This document shows positions 15,293 through 32,824 of a stretch of 64,000 nt of DNA, in pieces. The notes below the pieces were generated by a model. The model saw only the letters and a program-made list of their open reading frames with translations, ran no database searches and had not been told where the DNA came from. Made by a program: the position numbers and the translations under genes. Source of the DNA: the human T2T-CHM13v2.0 reference genome, Homo sapiens. Position 1 is the stretch's first letter. The number at the start of each line of letters is the position of its first letter. The stretch lies in NCBI RefSeq assembly GCF_009914755.1, contig NC_060930.1; one strand, written 5' to 3'.

Positions 15293-15749
15293 ATATTTTG
15301 GATTATTACGTGCCTTTTTTTAAAAAAAGAAATGATTATTCAGGGGATTCAGAGTTGTTTTTGTTTGTTTGCTTGTTTTTGTTTTTGGTTGGAACTTTTA
15401 ATCTTCCAATCTTCTTCCAATTATTCTGGGTTACTTTTCCCTGTGCAGTTGAGAAAGAGTTGAGATGACTGACTAAAAGGGAAGGAGCCTTTTGACATAA
15501 GCTCAGAATTTCTAAGCCACTGGAGAAGACTGAGTTACTCAGTCTTCACACCCACATGATTCCTTGGGTCAATGATGTCCTTGCTCTGACAGCGGCTTTC
15601 AAATTAGAATTCCACAAGTTCCCCAAAAGTATAAAGTAATGTTTGAAGGGAAAAGAGAAATATAAGGTAGAGGTATGTGTGGGGCCGGGGGGAGGGCGGC
15701 GTTCTGTGCCCTCGAATCCTACCTCAATCATAGGAGCTTCACTAATTAG

Positions 15750-16277
15750 GGTGTAGATATTGTGGTTAGCTTCCTAAGCCATTTCATCACATTCTTCACC
15801 AGTCTCTCATCCTGCACGATGAGGAGCTGACTGCAGTCCTTAAGCCAATTATGTAAACTCATTGTTCCTTTTACTGATTGGTTCAGCAGTTCAGGCAGAA
15901 GCCAATCAGCAGATGCCATGCCCCTGTAGACATTTGAACCAGGTTGACCCCTTGAGACCTAAAGAAAGGAAATTAGTTCTGTTAGGAGAGAAGTGCTTTC
16001 TCCAGCCACATGTGAACAAGGAAGAGTGGCCACCCTGCATGCACTTGGAGCCATCTGATGACTACTGGGGGAATCATTCTTGGGATCAAATAACACTGGC
16101 ATGGTTAGTACAGAGAGAGAGTAAGAACTGGTCCCTTGCAGAATTTATCAAACAGCTGACTCAGTCAACCCTAAAGCTCAAATGTCTTCTTATGTAAGAT
16201 AATATGTTTCCTTTTGTTTAAGCCTGTTTGAGTTGGATTTTCAGTTACCCGCAGTAGGAACTATCATAATTGATACA
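15750..16277 (+). mobile_element. Old MLT1 (ERVL-MaLR) LTR
   Basis: 3' end TATGTAAGATAAT...TTTGTTTAAGCCTGTTTGAGTTGGATTTTCAGTTAC...ATAATTGATACA typical of MLT1. Confidence 0.6.
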
Positions 16278-17867
16278 ATGTCCCACCTATAAAAAGATGA
16301 AAAACACTGCTCTAGGGGAACTTCTAAAAAATCTTACATTTCAGATAGGCATTTTAACTGATATTTTTCACTTTTCTAATTCTAAAGAAGTATTCTGACC
16401 TTTAAAATGGATTTTAATATAGTGAAGTTTCATGTTTAGAAGTCCTTCTTTTGTTTCAAAGGGCCTTCTTGCTCTGTAAGTGTTAAGGCTGTACAAATGG
16501 GCTTAAAAAAAAATCTGCGCAGCTGAATAAGGTTTCTGTTGTTGTTGTTGTTGTTGTTGTTTTCATGTTTACATCCTCTATTTCCCTTTCCTTCCTTGTG
16601 ACACTTCCAACCCTTCTCTTTAGCCCACACTGTGATACTGCCCAGACTGTCCCTGGGCTGCTCAGGATTTTGGTCTAGGTCCTAACTGGTTCTGTCCACT
16701 CTAAATATATATTCTGCTACGTGGTCTTCCCTGCACCCCAATTCTCACTTAAAATGCAGCCACCGTGAGTTGTTCTCAAGTCAGCTTGGGGGAATCATTA
16801 ATAAATTTGTTCATGCTGAATTCTTTATGACCAATAATGGCAATGGAAACCTTAATTAGGAACCAGTGCACCTTGTACACAATAGAACATCTATGTTTGC
16901 TTGGTCAATAGAAAGGTTAGGGAAATGAATATATGAACCCATCTATAGAGTATTTATGATTGATCAGAGAACTCTTGAAATCACATTATAACCCTCGCAA
17001 ATGAATCTACAATAGAATCTCAGGCACAGTGAGCCTTCTTTGGACTGGTTCTGAGAAGAGGCACCTTTCTCAGGGTTACTGGAATCACAACATTTATTTA
17101 ACCATGTACTTCACGCACAGAGCCAACGCCAGTGGCAGAGGTATTCATAATAAAAAAGGCCTGACTGCTGGAGACAGGTGTTGGGGGAAACTCCCCCACT
17201 CTTAAAGCTAGTGTGAACACCATCCAACATTCAAAGAGCTGCTCACGAGTCTCTGCTGCGGCCTGGCAGCCAGTCCTTCCAACCCTCTTTCCATTCTGTG
17301 CTGCCTCATGTTTACACAGTGAAAATGAAACTGTTGCCAGTGTTAATACAGCATAATTTATAAGCTGAGAAGAGAACTCAGCATGCATTCCCTTTTCAAG
17401 CGAAACAGACTGTTACTTTCAGAACCAACTGAAGGGTGGAGACATTTCTTGGAAACCAAGGCAACTGCTGATTCCTAGATCCTTTCCGCCTCACAGGATC
17501 TGCCTCTCATGAGGCTGGCAGGACCAACTCACAGAAAAGACGGGTAATGAAAAGCCTCTTCCCTGAATTACAGAAGGCAGATTCATCGGATGAAGCCATT
17601 TTATTAGACTCCAAAAGTTCCCTTAAACCTCCATTACAGAAAAGGGACTCAGGGGACTTGGGGTCAGAGGCCTCGCTTATTAGAGAAGGACTATAACACT
17701 GAATTACTTTCTCATGCATTAGGTATGATTTCAGAGATACTGTAAAGCCAGACTCTATCTCAGAAGCTGGACAGAGGGCACAATTTCCTTTGGGTTTGGT
17801 AAAAGATGCCTGTATCCCTATCATACCCATCCTCCTTCCTGCTAACATAGTAACTGAGATTGTTTAA

Positions 17868-17869
<2 letters not shown>

Positions 17870-17911
<42 letters not shown>
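17870..17911. repeat. (CA)n microsatellite, ~20 units
   Basis: Directly visible. Confidence 0.97.
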
Positions 17912-17914
<3 letters not shown>

Positions 17915-19469
17915 TCCAAACTCTAAGACCAATCTTGCCTCAAAGAGAGCAAAAGGTGAGGTGTTCTAGGGCAGTTGCTGACCAATGTTAAATCAACCTT
18001 GCTGGTCCCATCCTAAATGGAGAGGTAGTTAGGCCTGTCTAAAATTGGGTTCCTACCTTTTCTCTAGGTCTTAGGGTGATTTTTATCCGGTCTCCTAATT
18101 ACTGAATTTATGACACTTCTTTCGGGAATCTGCCCTCCCAGATACTCCCTGAGGGCCTAACTATTGACTTTAAGAGCTTGGGTTTGAATTGGACCTTGTA
18201 CAATGATACCTGCCTTCTTGCTATGCCTTGATGTTTTAGACTTATGGTTAAGCTCACCTTCCTTCCTATCTGCCTGTTCCTGCCATCATTTGCTGCCATG
18301 TTTAGACCCCCAGCCTCTGCCTAGCTCCATGCTATCTATCTGAATGACAACTAAACCCCAGTTATAATAGAGTATTGAGCCCTAGATCCCCCTTGGGACA
18401 TGATGCTCAGGATCATAATGGGTCAATTATGCTGATTATCCTCTCATCCCCACCATTAGGGATAATGAGCCATGGTACTCAATGTAATGTTAAGGAGAGG
18501 ATGCTCAGGAACAAACTGGAAGGTGGCTGCTGCCTGGGAGGAGTATGATAATGACCCTCACATCACATTCCACTTTCATGGCTCCAACTTGCACAGCTAA
18601 ACACACATCCGTCCTTCTGTTGAACTTGGCCTTGGTCTCCAAGATCCAACCTGGCACTAGAAAAGCATGTAACTGGGACCCCTATCGCAGCTACTTAGTA
18701 TGTTTTGAGTTCCTCAGTGTCTAAGAGACTGCCTTACACAATACTTTCCTTCTTCATTTCCATTGCTAAACCACACTGATGTCTTTAGAATGAGATGTGT
18801 TATCTCCTATAGTCCTATTGCACTTAAAACTTCATAAAGGTATAAGCTCCCAATCCGTTGCTAGGCCATCAGAACCTTGTTGGAAATCAGGCATTCAATA
18901 ATTATTTACTGCTACAGTTTTTGAGTGTAATATCTAGATGAGAAAGAATGAGACCTGGGACGAATACGTTTTTATTGTGGAAAAGAAACAAGCTATGAAG
19001 ACATAAATTTGCCTTTGGGTTTTCTATGGGTGGGGAGTGGAAGACACATGCTTACATAGACTAATGAGCTAGGGGTGTGTCTTTGGGATTCACTCAGCTG
19101 TAGCATTGCCAGGGACCAAACAATCCAGAACCAATAATGGTCAACATAGAGACTGGACTCCCAGCTCTTTGGGGCAACTGACCTTCCCCACTATTTCCTA
19201 TATTTTCCAAATACTCAGCTCATCCTAACCCACTTTTGACTAGGAAATATGTTAATCAAACCAACATGAATATAAAGACATTTTGTTCCATGTGTTTTGA
19301 AATTAATCCCAGAAGCCTATAAAATGTAGTTAAGTCAAAGAAAACAGTATGGAAAACTATTTTGATTTTCCAGGGCACATTAAATGGAATTAAGGTAAGT
19401 ATTCTCTTTTCCATGAGCTTTCTAAGAGGCATACGAACAGAGACACTGACAATGTAAGGTCGAAGCACA

Positions 19470-19899
19470 TATAAAAGAAAACTAAATTAAGTTTAGCCTA
19501 AAGCTGCCTCCTTACATATTTCAAATTTGGCATAAAGGTTTCTTCATACATAGTGAACTGTAATCTACCTGGATGTCTAAACAGACTGTAATCTAGTCTT
19601 GTGCTAATCACCAAGTTTTGGGCAAAGGTGGCCAACTATTCAAACCCTGTTCAAATAAGGCAAACGCCAAGCTGGAAGCAACCTAGTTGTTTCTGTATCT
19701 GACTTCTGTTTTCCGTACCTCACTTTCCTTTTTCTGTCCATAAATCTTTTTAACCATGGTGCAGCCCCAGAGTCTCTCTGAATCTGGTTCACGGGCTGCC
19801 CAATTCATCAATCATTCTTTTCTCAATTAAACTCTGTTAAATTTAATTTCCCTAAGGATTTTTTTGTTTTCTTTTTGTTTTTGTTTTTGTTTTTTTACA
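19470..19899 (+). mobile_element. MER57 (ERV1) solo LTR
   Basis: TAAATTAAGTTTAGCCTAAAGCTGCCTCCTTACATATT...TTCAAATAAGGCAAACGCC...CTCAATTAAACTCTGTTAAATTTAATT. Confidence 0.85.
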
Positions 19900-20565
19900 A
19901 ATTCATGGCTTAGTTAAGCAAACCTTGTTAAAATAAATATTGTTTTAAACCCAGAAATATGTCCAAGTACATGATCTTTGTAAATAACTCAGTTCATACT
20001 CTCTGTTGATCTCATCCACTCACTTGTTCCTGCATCTGCCTTTCTGTAAGCAAGGACATCCTGATGGCTCATGGGAAGATGACCTCTGGCGCTTGCCTCT
20101 GGCCACCTGGGTTTTCTTCAGCCGCACTGTTTGATGTTGCTTCTGTGACCTCGGTGTTCCACAGACTGACCAAGTTTTGTCTCCTCTTAAAGCCGCTGAG
20201 TACATGTGACATGGGGACAAGGGTCCACAGGTGCTTGTCTTAAACACTGGCTACCACATATAGGAGTCCTTTAGGGTAACACTTCACATATGTGGTAGAA
20301 GGAATTTTAAAATAATAGAATTTTTTTGCTTTTTTTAATATTTCATCTGACAAGACCCAGCAAGACCTTTCTGATCAGCTACGCAAACCAAATTTGAACA
20401 AAACGTATTTTTTCTTTTTGATTCCCCAAAAGTTAACCAATACAAATGGGACAGAAAAAATTTGAAAATGTCAGACTTTTTCTTAAAAGTATTACAGGCT
20501 TAATTATCTTATTATTTTATGAATTAAACTGTGAAGATGAAAGATCAAGATAGCATTGCCCATTA

Positions 20566-20991
<426 letters not shown>

Positions 20992-21059
20992 TTATGAAGG
21001 CCTAAGTGAGTGTTTTAATAGAATATTTCTAACTCTTAAAAATTATAACATATTGAATC

Positions 21060-21395
21060 GGCAGAACACAGGATTTTTAGAGAAGTGAAACTCCTCCACA
21101 TGATACTGTCATGGTAGATACATGTCACTGTAAATTGGTGCATACATTCATACAGAGAATGTCCAATATCAAGAGTAATACCTAATGTAAACTATGGACT
21201 TCAGGTAATCATGGTGTGTCAATGTAGGTTCCTCAGTTGTAACAAATGTACCTCTCTGATAAGGATGTTGATAACAGGGGAGGCTATGCATGTGTGGGGG
21301 CAGGGGTATGGGGGAAATCTCTGCATTCTTCTCTCAATTTTGCTGGGAACCTAAAACTCCTCTAAAAATAAGGTCTATTAAAAATTATAAATATA
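21060..21395 (+). mobile_element. L1MC-like 3' end
   Basis: CCTAATGTAAACTATGGACTT...TGTCAATGTAGGTTC...GTAACAAATGTACC...GAACCTAAAACT...CTAAAAATAAGGTCTATT. Confidence 0.8.
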
Positions 21396-21574
21396 ATATT
21401 ATATACAAAAATAATATATTTTTATATGATAACAGGATTCTACTACATTCAGACACCTCACTAGCTTTAACCATCCAGAATAAATAATTGGGAACCATGT
21501 TGCATTCTCATTGTTTTGAGTTTCAGGATATTAACATAATGATAAATACCCTCTACTAAAGTACCCTTTAGTAG

Positions 21575-22001
<427 letters not shown>

Positions 22002-22499
22002 TAAGAAATATTCTGACTTTTGATATTTTGCAAGGTTTAACTAGTGGATATTAATAAATATACTTAGACTCACATTAGAATGAGCCAATTATATGTAGTG
22101 GCAGGGAGAGAAGGCAACCCTGCCCTTCTTTTGGGAATAGTACAAAAGGCAGAAGTGCAATGCTTCTCTAATGTATGACTAATTTATTTGAACCAGTTAA
22201 TGTCTTATTCTTGCACTTTCCAAACACCTCAGGAGATTGTGGGTGTCAAACAGTTGGAAAAATTTAGGCATTTCAACTCCGCAATTCTCCATCTCTAACA
22301 GCAATGAGCATTTTAATAGAATGCTCATTTAGCAAACATTTAATAAGCATTAATAGAATGGTCATTTAATAAACATTTATTCATTCATGCTAACATCAGA
22401 TTCAGAAAGAATCACAATCTTTTTCCTTACCATCTGAAAAATTAAATTAGATACTTCCCAGATCTCCATCCCAATACTGCTGATGGCGTCAAAGACAAA

Positions 22500-23470
<971 letters not shown>

Positions 23471-23476
23471 TAAGGA

Positions 23477-23859
23477 TGATATGGTTTGCCTCTGAGTCCC
23501 TACCCAAATCTCACTTACAGTTGTAATTCCCATAGTCAGGGGAGGGACCTGGTGGGAGGTGACTGGATCATGGGGCAGATTTTACCCTTGCTGTTCTCAT
23601 GTTAGTGAGTGAGTTCTCACCAGATCAGATGGCTTACAAGTGTGTGGCACTTCCTCTTTCACTCTCTCTCTCTCCTGCCGCCATGTGAAAACATGCTTGC
23701 TTCCCCTTTGTCCCTCCACCATGATTGTAAGTTTCCCAAGGCCTTCCAGCCATGCTTCCTGTACAGCCTGCAGAACTGTGAGTCAATTAAACCTCTTTTC
23801 TTTATAAATTGCCCTGTCTCAGGTAGTTCTTTACAGCAATGTGAGAATGGACTAATACA
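23477..23859 (+). mobile_element. MSTA/THE1-type (ERVL-MaLR) solo LTR
   Basis: TGATATGGTTTG...CCCAAATCTCA...GAACTGTGAGTCAATTAAACCTCTTTTC...GGACTAATACA; flanks AAGGA/AAGGT resemble a 5-bp TSD. Confidence 0.9.
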
Positions 23860-24194
23860 AAGGTAGTGTTTTTCTTTTCTTTTTTTTTTTTTTTAATAGA
23901 GTGAGAATAATCCCTCTCACCCTATCTCTTAGTTTTCTTCCATGCTCTTTTTGAATGAAAGCCTCTCTCCACTTTAGCCAGAAAACCAACCATAATTATT
24001 GCCCTGTTTTCCTAACAGGGCAGTGGACTATGGAATGAGATGAGAAACTTGTGTTAATGACAACTAAATTACTGGCCCAGTGATTCCCTTTTTCTCCCTT
24101 CATTAATATCTACAAGAAACCAGTATTTCCAGTGCATTGGCCTCGTTTGATGTTAGGACCTGGAAGAAAAAGATAGAACAGCACAGTTGAAAAG

Positions 24195-24690
24195 AAAACC
24201 TCTGTGGAAGCAACCCAGATGCCCATTGATGGACGACTGGATCAAAAACATGTGGTACGTACATACAATGGAATATTGTCCAGTCTTAAAATGGAAGGAA
24301 ATTCCACCACATGCTATTCCACCACATGCTACAATGTAGATGAACCTTGAGGACATTATGCACAGTAAAATAAACCAGTTACAGAAAGATAATTACTAAA
24401 TGATCCCTCCTAAATGAGGTACTAGAGGAGTCCAATTCACAGAAGCAAAGAGTAGAAGGGTAGTTGCCAGGGGCTAGGGTGGGGGCTGGGGGCTGGGTGG
24501 GTATTGTTTGGTGAAACAGAGTTTCAGCTTAGGATGATGAAAAATGTTCTGGAAATGGATGGTGGTGATGTCTACCCAAATTGTGAATGTACTTAATAGG
24601 GTCTAAACTGTATACCTAAAAATGGGTAACATGGCACATTTTATGTGATACATATTTTATCAAAATAAAAAGGAAGAAAGAAAGGAAAAA
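24195..24690 (+). mobile_element. L1MB-like 3' end
   Basis: TGGAAGCAACCCAGATGCCCATTGATGG...ATGAACCTTGAGGACATTATG...GTGAATGTACTTAAT; internal 15-bp tandem duplication at 24301-24330. Confidence 0.85.
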
Positions 24691-24769
24691 AAAGGCTCTG
24701 TCCTTAAAGATCTTTGAAGTGTTGAGGCATCCTTGAGTTCAATACTTGCAATGTCCAGGGGGCAAAAAT

Positions 24770-25485
<716 letters not shown>

Positions 25486-26587
25486 AAAGGCAAATCTAAG
25501 AAAAAACAAAACAGTTGTTTCCTAGGGCTGTGTAAATTGCAGCTACTGGTAGGAACTCTCATATTAAAAGGGAACCCAAACCAGGGCGGCTTGAGGAGGC
25601 AGCTTCCCAGAAAGGATGGCTTTTTGAGCTGCCTTGTGGGGAGACCCTGCTGTGTGTCCCCAGTTCACCAGCAGTTGACTAGGAGTGAAGGGAGAGGGGA
25701 AGATTTCCTGGTAGTGTCTCTTGTAATACCTTGTTAGTACTTGTAATCAACATGGCTAGGATGAAAGAATTCTGGCTTCAGAACAGAAACATTGTGCTTT
25801 AAATTAAATCAGTTCCCTGCTGGGAGCCACTTACTCTCCTTCTTTACCACAGCCAGGGAAACAATTCAGAGGTTTCTCTGCATGGTTAGCAGCATGAGTG
25901 ACCTTCAGTCTTCCCACTTAAAATCGATTCAAGATGATCACGCTGCCTTAAACAAAAGTCTCCATCTCACCCTTCCCGTTTCTCCTCCTCTTCCTAGTAT
26001 CTCTGTCTCTGTCTCTGTCTCTCATAGAGAGCCTCACGTTTATTTGTCTTATGCGTGTGTGCACAAGAGGGGCTAAATCCACCCCAAATGTATCACCCTT
26101 CCACCTGGCTCAGGGCTGACAGTGAGATTTTGCATCTCCTCACTCTCCTCTCTCCTCCCTGAAGAACAGCAAGCCAGATGGCCATTCCCCAGTCTCCCAG
26201 CATGAGTTTGACTGACAGGAGCCTTTGATAAACCTTGGAAGAATGAAGTCATCTCCGGGTCACCGCGGTTGCCTGGCCTTTAACACCCCACACAGACCAC
26301 CATTATCTGTTGAATAGGAGACAAAGGAAATTAGCCCTGCTTCCCTATCATCCCCATTATTTCCAGGCTGATTTAAACAAGGAAGCAATGAGATGCCCTT
26401 CACTTTTCTCCAAAAGGTACAAATGTCAGCTGTTAAAAAATGCAAACAAGAGGCTTTCCTATGTTAATGGTGGGTTTCTTTGTTATAGCTGAGAAGTGGA
26501 AAGTGCATTTTATTCACTGCCTTTGAGGAAAGACTTAACAGGATTCTAAACAACTTCCTTAACTACACATACCTCAGAGCCACCTAA

Positions 26588-27007
<420 letters not shown>

Positions 27008-27187
27008 TTAACCCTAAAATTGAAAAGGAAAAAAAAAAAGATTTCTCTCCTCTTTCCCAAAATAATTTTCTCCCACAAAGTAAATGTTTAAGTGCCAACA
27101 GAGCAAAAAATGAGGCAAGGGTACCATAGAATTGTCATTTAAGGGAATTGTGGCTGATTGTCTCCTGTCATTGTGTTGCAAGAGGCA

Positions 27188-27192
<5 letters not shown>

Positions 27193-27226
<34 letters not shown>
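27193..27226. repeat. (GT)n microsatellite
   Basis: Directly visible. Confidence 0.95.
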
Positions 27227-27227
<1 letters not shown>

Positions 27228-27829
27228 ACATGTATGCATATGTGGGCATTTGTGTATACACATTATAGCAGAAAGGCTCATTATTGGGAAGAAATTTATT
27301 CATAACTATTCCATAGTTTCTGAATATTAGGAGTTGGTGTAAATAAGTTCTCTTTAGATGACAGCCCCCACTTTTTCTAAGAAGGCAATGCTCACCATTG
27401 TTACCATTTAGGCTATAATACTTTAAAGCTCTGAGTGCTGCAAAACAGCCAGAAGATTTCAATGAAAGGGCAAGTACCAGAGAAATCAAGACAATGCAGG
27501 TGAATGAATGACTCAATCAATAGACACTTGTTGGGCATCAGGGCCAGGCATTGCACTAGGTCCCTCAAGGGATACTAATTTGAAGGCATAGTCCCCACAA
27601 AAGGTTTCCAGCCTAGTAAGGAAACAGGAGTGAGACTGGACCTCGTTCCTAAAGTGGAACCTACATAAGTGAAAAGGTGAGAGGAGGCCCTCCCAGAAAT
27701 AAACTAAAGCCTGGAGAAGAAAGAGAACTACGTGTTGAGGGGTTTCATGGGAATGGGAAGTACTTTTATGAATGGGGTTGAATTGTTGAGGGGTCGTATT
27801 TTCTGGATGAGGAATTTACACTTCCTTCT

Positions 27830-28209
27830 TGTATTAGTCTGCTCTGACTACCATAACAAAAGACTAGAGCTGGTGGTATAAGCAATAGAAATTTATTTCT
27901 CTCTGTTCTGGAGTCTGTAAGTCCAACGTCAAGGTGTCAGCAGGTTTGGTTTCTCCTGTGGCCTCTCTTCTTGGCTTGCAGATGGCCACTTTCTCTCTGC
28001 ATCCTCACAGTAAGTCTCTATGCATGCATATTCCTAATCTTTCTCTTTCTTCTTATAAGGACACCGGTCATATTAAATTAGGGCCTCATCCTAATGACAT
28101 CATTTAGTGTTAATTACCTTATTAAAGGCCATACCTCCAGATATAGTCACATTGGGGATTAAAGCTACAACATAGAAATTTGGGTTAGGACACAGTTCAG
28201 TCTTTAATA
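27830..28209 (-). mobile_element. MLT1A/B-like (ERVL-MaLR) solo LTR
   Basis: TGTATTAGTCTGCT...AGAAATTTATTTCTC...CAAGGTGTCAGCAGGTTTGGTTTCTCC...CTTATAAGGACACC...ACAGTTCAGTC. Confidence 0.85.
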
Positions 28210-29061
28210 CCTCATTAGGCAACAGGAATGCAGGGACTGATGGGAGAGGGGGACCCTCAGGATGAGAAGTTCTTTCAGAAGCCTGAGTGAATTAGTGAAG
28301 AGAGGGGCAAACTAAGAGACAAATTAGAAGGCTATTAAATTAGGCAACAGGTAAAATGGAAAGGACCTGAACTTGATGTTGGCAGTAAATGAAACAGGAT
28401 GCAAAATAAAAGTGTTAAGAGAAAATCAATAGGACTTGATGACTGATCAGATATGGCAAGCAAGAGAGAAGAAAGATGACTTCAGGTTATAATTCTGAGA
28501 GCCTCGGGAAGTGGTTGAAAGATGAAATGGTACAGAGGAGGTACTGATACCAAAAGATGGAGTAGAAAGGTTATGATGTCTGCAACTTAAGCTCAGACAC
28601 ACTATGTTAGAAACCCAAGGTTTGTCATCTTCTGTGTGTGAGACCTTAGCAATTTACTTAACCTTCCTGCGTCTCAATGTACATTTGTGTTGAGTTGGGC
28701 GATAGCAGCAACCTCACTGAGTGGTTCACGTTTTATAGATAAAAGGATATCTCCTAATTCCACTGAGATAAAATTCAAAATTACCATGACAGATTGCAGA
28801 AGAAGCTTAAGAACAACATGTCATTCAAACTGTGGTGAGGTCCTTTAGGCAGAAGAGTTCAAAATCAATAAAACAAAGAACAATGATATAGACATAAGAG
28901 TCACACTGAACCGTGAGATGAACATGGAGGCTGTAACGTAGCTTAGAAACAAGTCTGATCTTGTGCACATGCAACAGAAATGCAACACTTGAGAACCATA
29001 AAATAATTATTTGCACTGGAAAGTAAGACACATTTTTTTTAAAAAAAAATGGCAAAAGGAA

Positions 29062-29390
<329 letters not shown>

Positions 29391-29548
29391 TCATCTCCTA
29401 CCAACTGCTGAAAAGTTATTGTTTGGGGAATAGTAATCAATTCTCCATCTCTACTGAAGGTGGGAGGAGAAACAAAATGGACTCAAAGCAAATTAGAAGA
29501 CATAGAAATGATCTCTAAGGAAGAAATTCTGACAAAGTGGTAAGCATA

Positions 29549-30258
<710 letters not shown>

Positions 30259-31115
30259 GAAGATTCTTGTAGCATCTCCCTGCTTTGCAATTTTTAAGAA
30301 CAGACTAATCAAATTATGAGGGGAGAGCTCATCAAATCTTCAATTAACATTTTTATTCCTTGATGACAGCTCCCATCATTGTTGGTCCAGAAGGTTCTCT
30401 TGTTCAGAGACTTAATGTGATTTTCAAATAGTTCGAGTTATGCTCAGCACCACAGAAGCAAATGCCCCCACCTTTGCCATGATTGGTTTTCTGGAATCAC
30501 AGAAAAACAGAACACAAAATGGCCTTCGAGAGTACTGTCTAAATTCATTATGTAGCTTAATTGGGCCAATTTGAATACTTTTGTAGCAATCCTTGGGTCC
30601 CTTGGGATGCAGCGCAGTTCTTAAAGTGGTGATTATTTCATTTTTTTACACTTGGAACTCCAATTCTTTGTAATTAATTATGCAAAAAATGTAAGAGAAG
30701 TTTGTGGAAGTAAAGCATCTTGGTATTGCCTAAAAATTAAAAAAACTTCCAATTCAAAACATGAATCCTTCTGTACATGTCACCCAGTGGCTAACTAAAT
30801 GCCTTTAACTGTCAGAAACTCATCTTCATAGGGCTGCCCCTGTGGTTGCGTGAGGGTGGAACTCTGTATTTCTGTGCCTTTCCTTGGCTGATAGCAGCTT
30901 ACAGTAGTTGTTCTTTTAGTCCACCCAGCATGCCTCCCCATCCTACCCCTCACCTTGTCCATGACCCAAGCCCAGGGAAGCAAAGTACTTTCCAAGTATT
31001 TTTCAGGCTTAGCTGACAGTAAAGAGCCTTCTTTTCTCTCTGGTTGCTTGATGAATGACAGTCTGGGGGAACATAACGCAGTAAGATAATATCAAGTTTG
31101 TTGTAAAAGTAAGTG

Positions 31116-31121
31116 AGAGAG

Positions 31122-31158
<37 letters not shown>
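31116..31158. repeat. (GA)n microsatellite, probably inside an old LTR fragment (~30830-31310)
   Basis: Directly visible GA run; downstream GGTTATGTGAGCCAATAAGCCCTTC resembles a MaLR 3' end. Confidence 0.85.
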
Positions 31159-31163
<5 letters not shown>

Positions 31164-31959
31164 CCCTGGTCCTAGTTTTCACTATGGCTAGCCCTTTTTC
31201 TGACTTTCCCACCATTTGGTTATGTGAGCCAATAAGCCCTTCTTGTTTGCTTATGATACTTCCAGTTACATTGTCATCACATGCAAATATGAAACTTGGC
31301 TGAGGAATAAGTATAATACATCCTCTCCAAATGTTTGGAAGCCATCATTAGAGAGATCATATTTTTATTGTCAAACTAGGGCACTTTTGAGAGTGAAATA
31401 CAATGCAAATTGCAATTATACTGGGACAATAGCCATACACTTAGACCAGTCCAATAAACTTATCGTTAGTCTTCTTACTCTTACTCTTTCCAGTTCACAC
31501 ATCCCTGATTTTTTCTTACAAGTCATGGTTAGGAATCCCTCACCACGTTGACTGATATCCTTTGGACACTTGGCAGTTTGCCAGTGTCTTACAATGTGTT
31601 AGCTAGAATTGAATCCAGTTCTCAACATGTAGTTGACCAGGGCAGCAGATTACTTGGTTGGGAGCATATATTCCCGTGAATCCCATTGATGCAGCCTCAA
31701 ACTGAATCTCCCTCTTGCTCTCACTCTTCTCTTTAACAGCACTTTACACTGTGGCTAGTACCTGGTTGGTGTTTAAAGACCAAAGAATAAATGGCTCACT
31801 TTGAGATGGAAGTCAACTATAATCCAGTTAACTTTTGGGGATGGAACTTCACATCTCTCTGTCTTAAATATCATCTTGTTAGTGTGAGTTTATATCTCAC
31901 AATGTCATTGTTTCTCCCAACCTCTGCTCTTTATTAAATTTAATAAGCATATCATCTCT

Positions 31960-32220
31960 GTATTATTATTATTGATGTTGATATTAGCTAACCCTTAGTG
32001 CTTCTTATATGCCAGTCCTTATTCTAAGCATTTTAAATTCAATATTCAGAATAAAATTATGAGATGAATATTATGACTATTCTCATTTTGAGGATGAAGG
32101 AATTGAGATACAACAAGGTAAAGTAGATTGCCTAAGGTCACAAAGATAATAAGTAGCAGAGTCAGGTTTCAGTGCAGACACTCTTGCTCCAGAATTCGTC
32201 TTCTTAACCACCTTGCTATT
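31960..32220 (-). mobile_element. MIR
   Basis: TATGCCAGTCCTTATTCTAAGCATTTT...CTCATTTTGAGGATGAAGGAATTGAG...TTGCCTAAGGTCACA. Confidence 0.75.
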
Positions 32221-32237
32221 CCTATTCAATTAATTGA

Positions 32238-32533
32238 AGATTATTATTATTATTGAGATGGAGTCTTGTTCTTTCACCCAGGCTGGAGTGTAGTGGCATG
32301 ATCTTGGCTCACTGCAATCTCCGCATCCTGGGTTCAAGTGATTCTCCTGCCTCAGCCTCCTGAGGAGCTGGGATTATAGGCACCCATCAGCATACCTGGC
32401 TAATTTTTTATTTCTAGTAGATACGGGGTTTCACCATCTTGGCCAGGCTGGTCTTAAACTCCTGACCTGGTGACCCACCCGCCTTGGCCTCCCAAAGTGC
32501 TGTGATTACAGGCCTGAGCCACCGCACCCAGCC
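32238..32533 (-). mobile_element. AluS (Sg/Sc-like)
   Basis: Full dimer with (TTA)n tail; TSD CAATTAATTGA at 32227-32237 and 32534-32544. Confidence 0.92.
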
Positions 32534-32824
32534 CAATTAATTGATTACTAAGATGTGTAACAGGACAAGGTCAAGGAGACAGACTGTGGCATCCTACCAT
32601 GAATACACAGCACTCAATGAGTTTGTTCTGTTTCATTATCTACTACTGTACATAATTGTATGATAATAAGCATATAAAAAACGCAATGTCATATGTCTTG
32701 CTGAAGCCAAGATACACTCTTCCCATCTGAATGTTTTAAATGCTTACAAAACATCATTTTATTAATCCAATCTAGAATTTTCTCTTGAGCTAATGTCAAA
32801 TTAATAGTTTTGTTCTTTGTATTA

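Noticed and set aside
15660-15715. TATAA followed by a GC-box-like GGGGCCGGGGGGAGGGCGGCG as a promoter
   Set aside because: Only ~30 bp of GC-rich sequence, the GC box lies downstream of the TATA, and there is no CpG island or downstream exon.
24750-24766. TGTCCAGGGGGCAA as a CTCF site
   Set aside because: The first three core positions mismatch the consensus; too weak to call.
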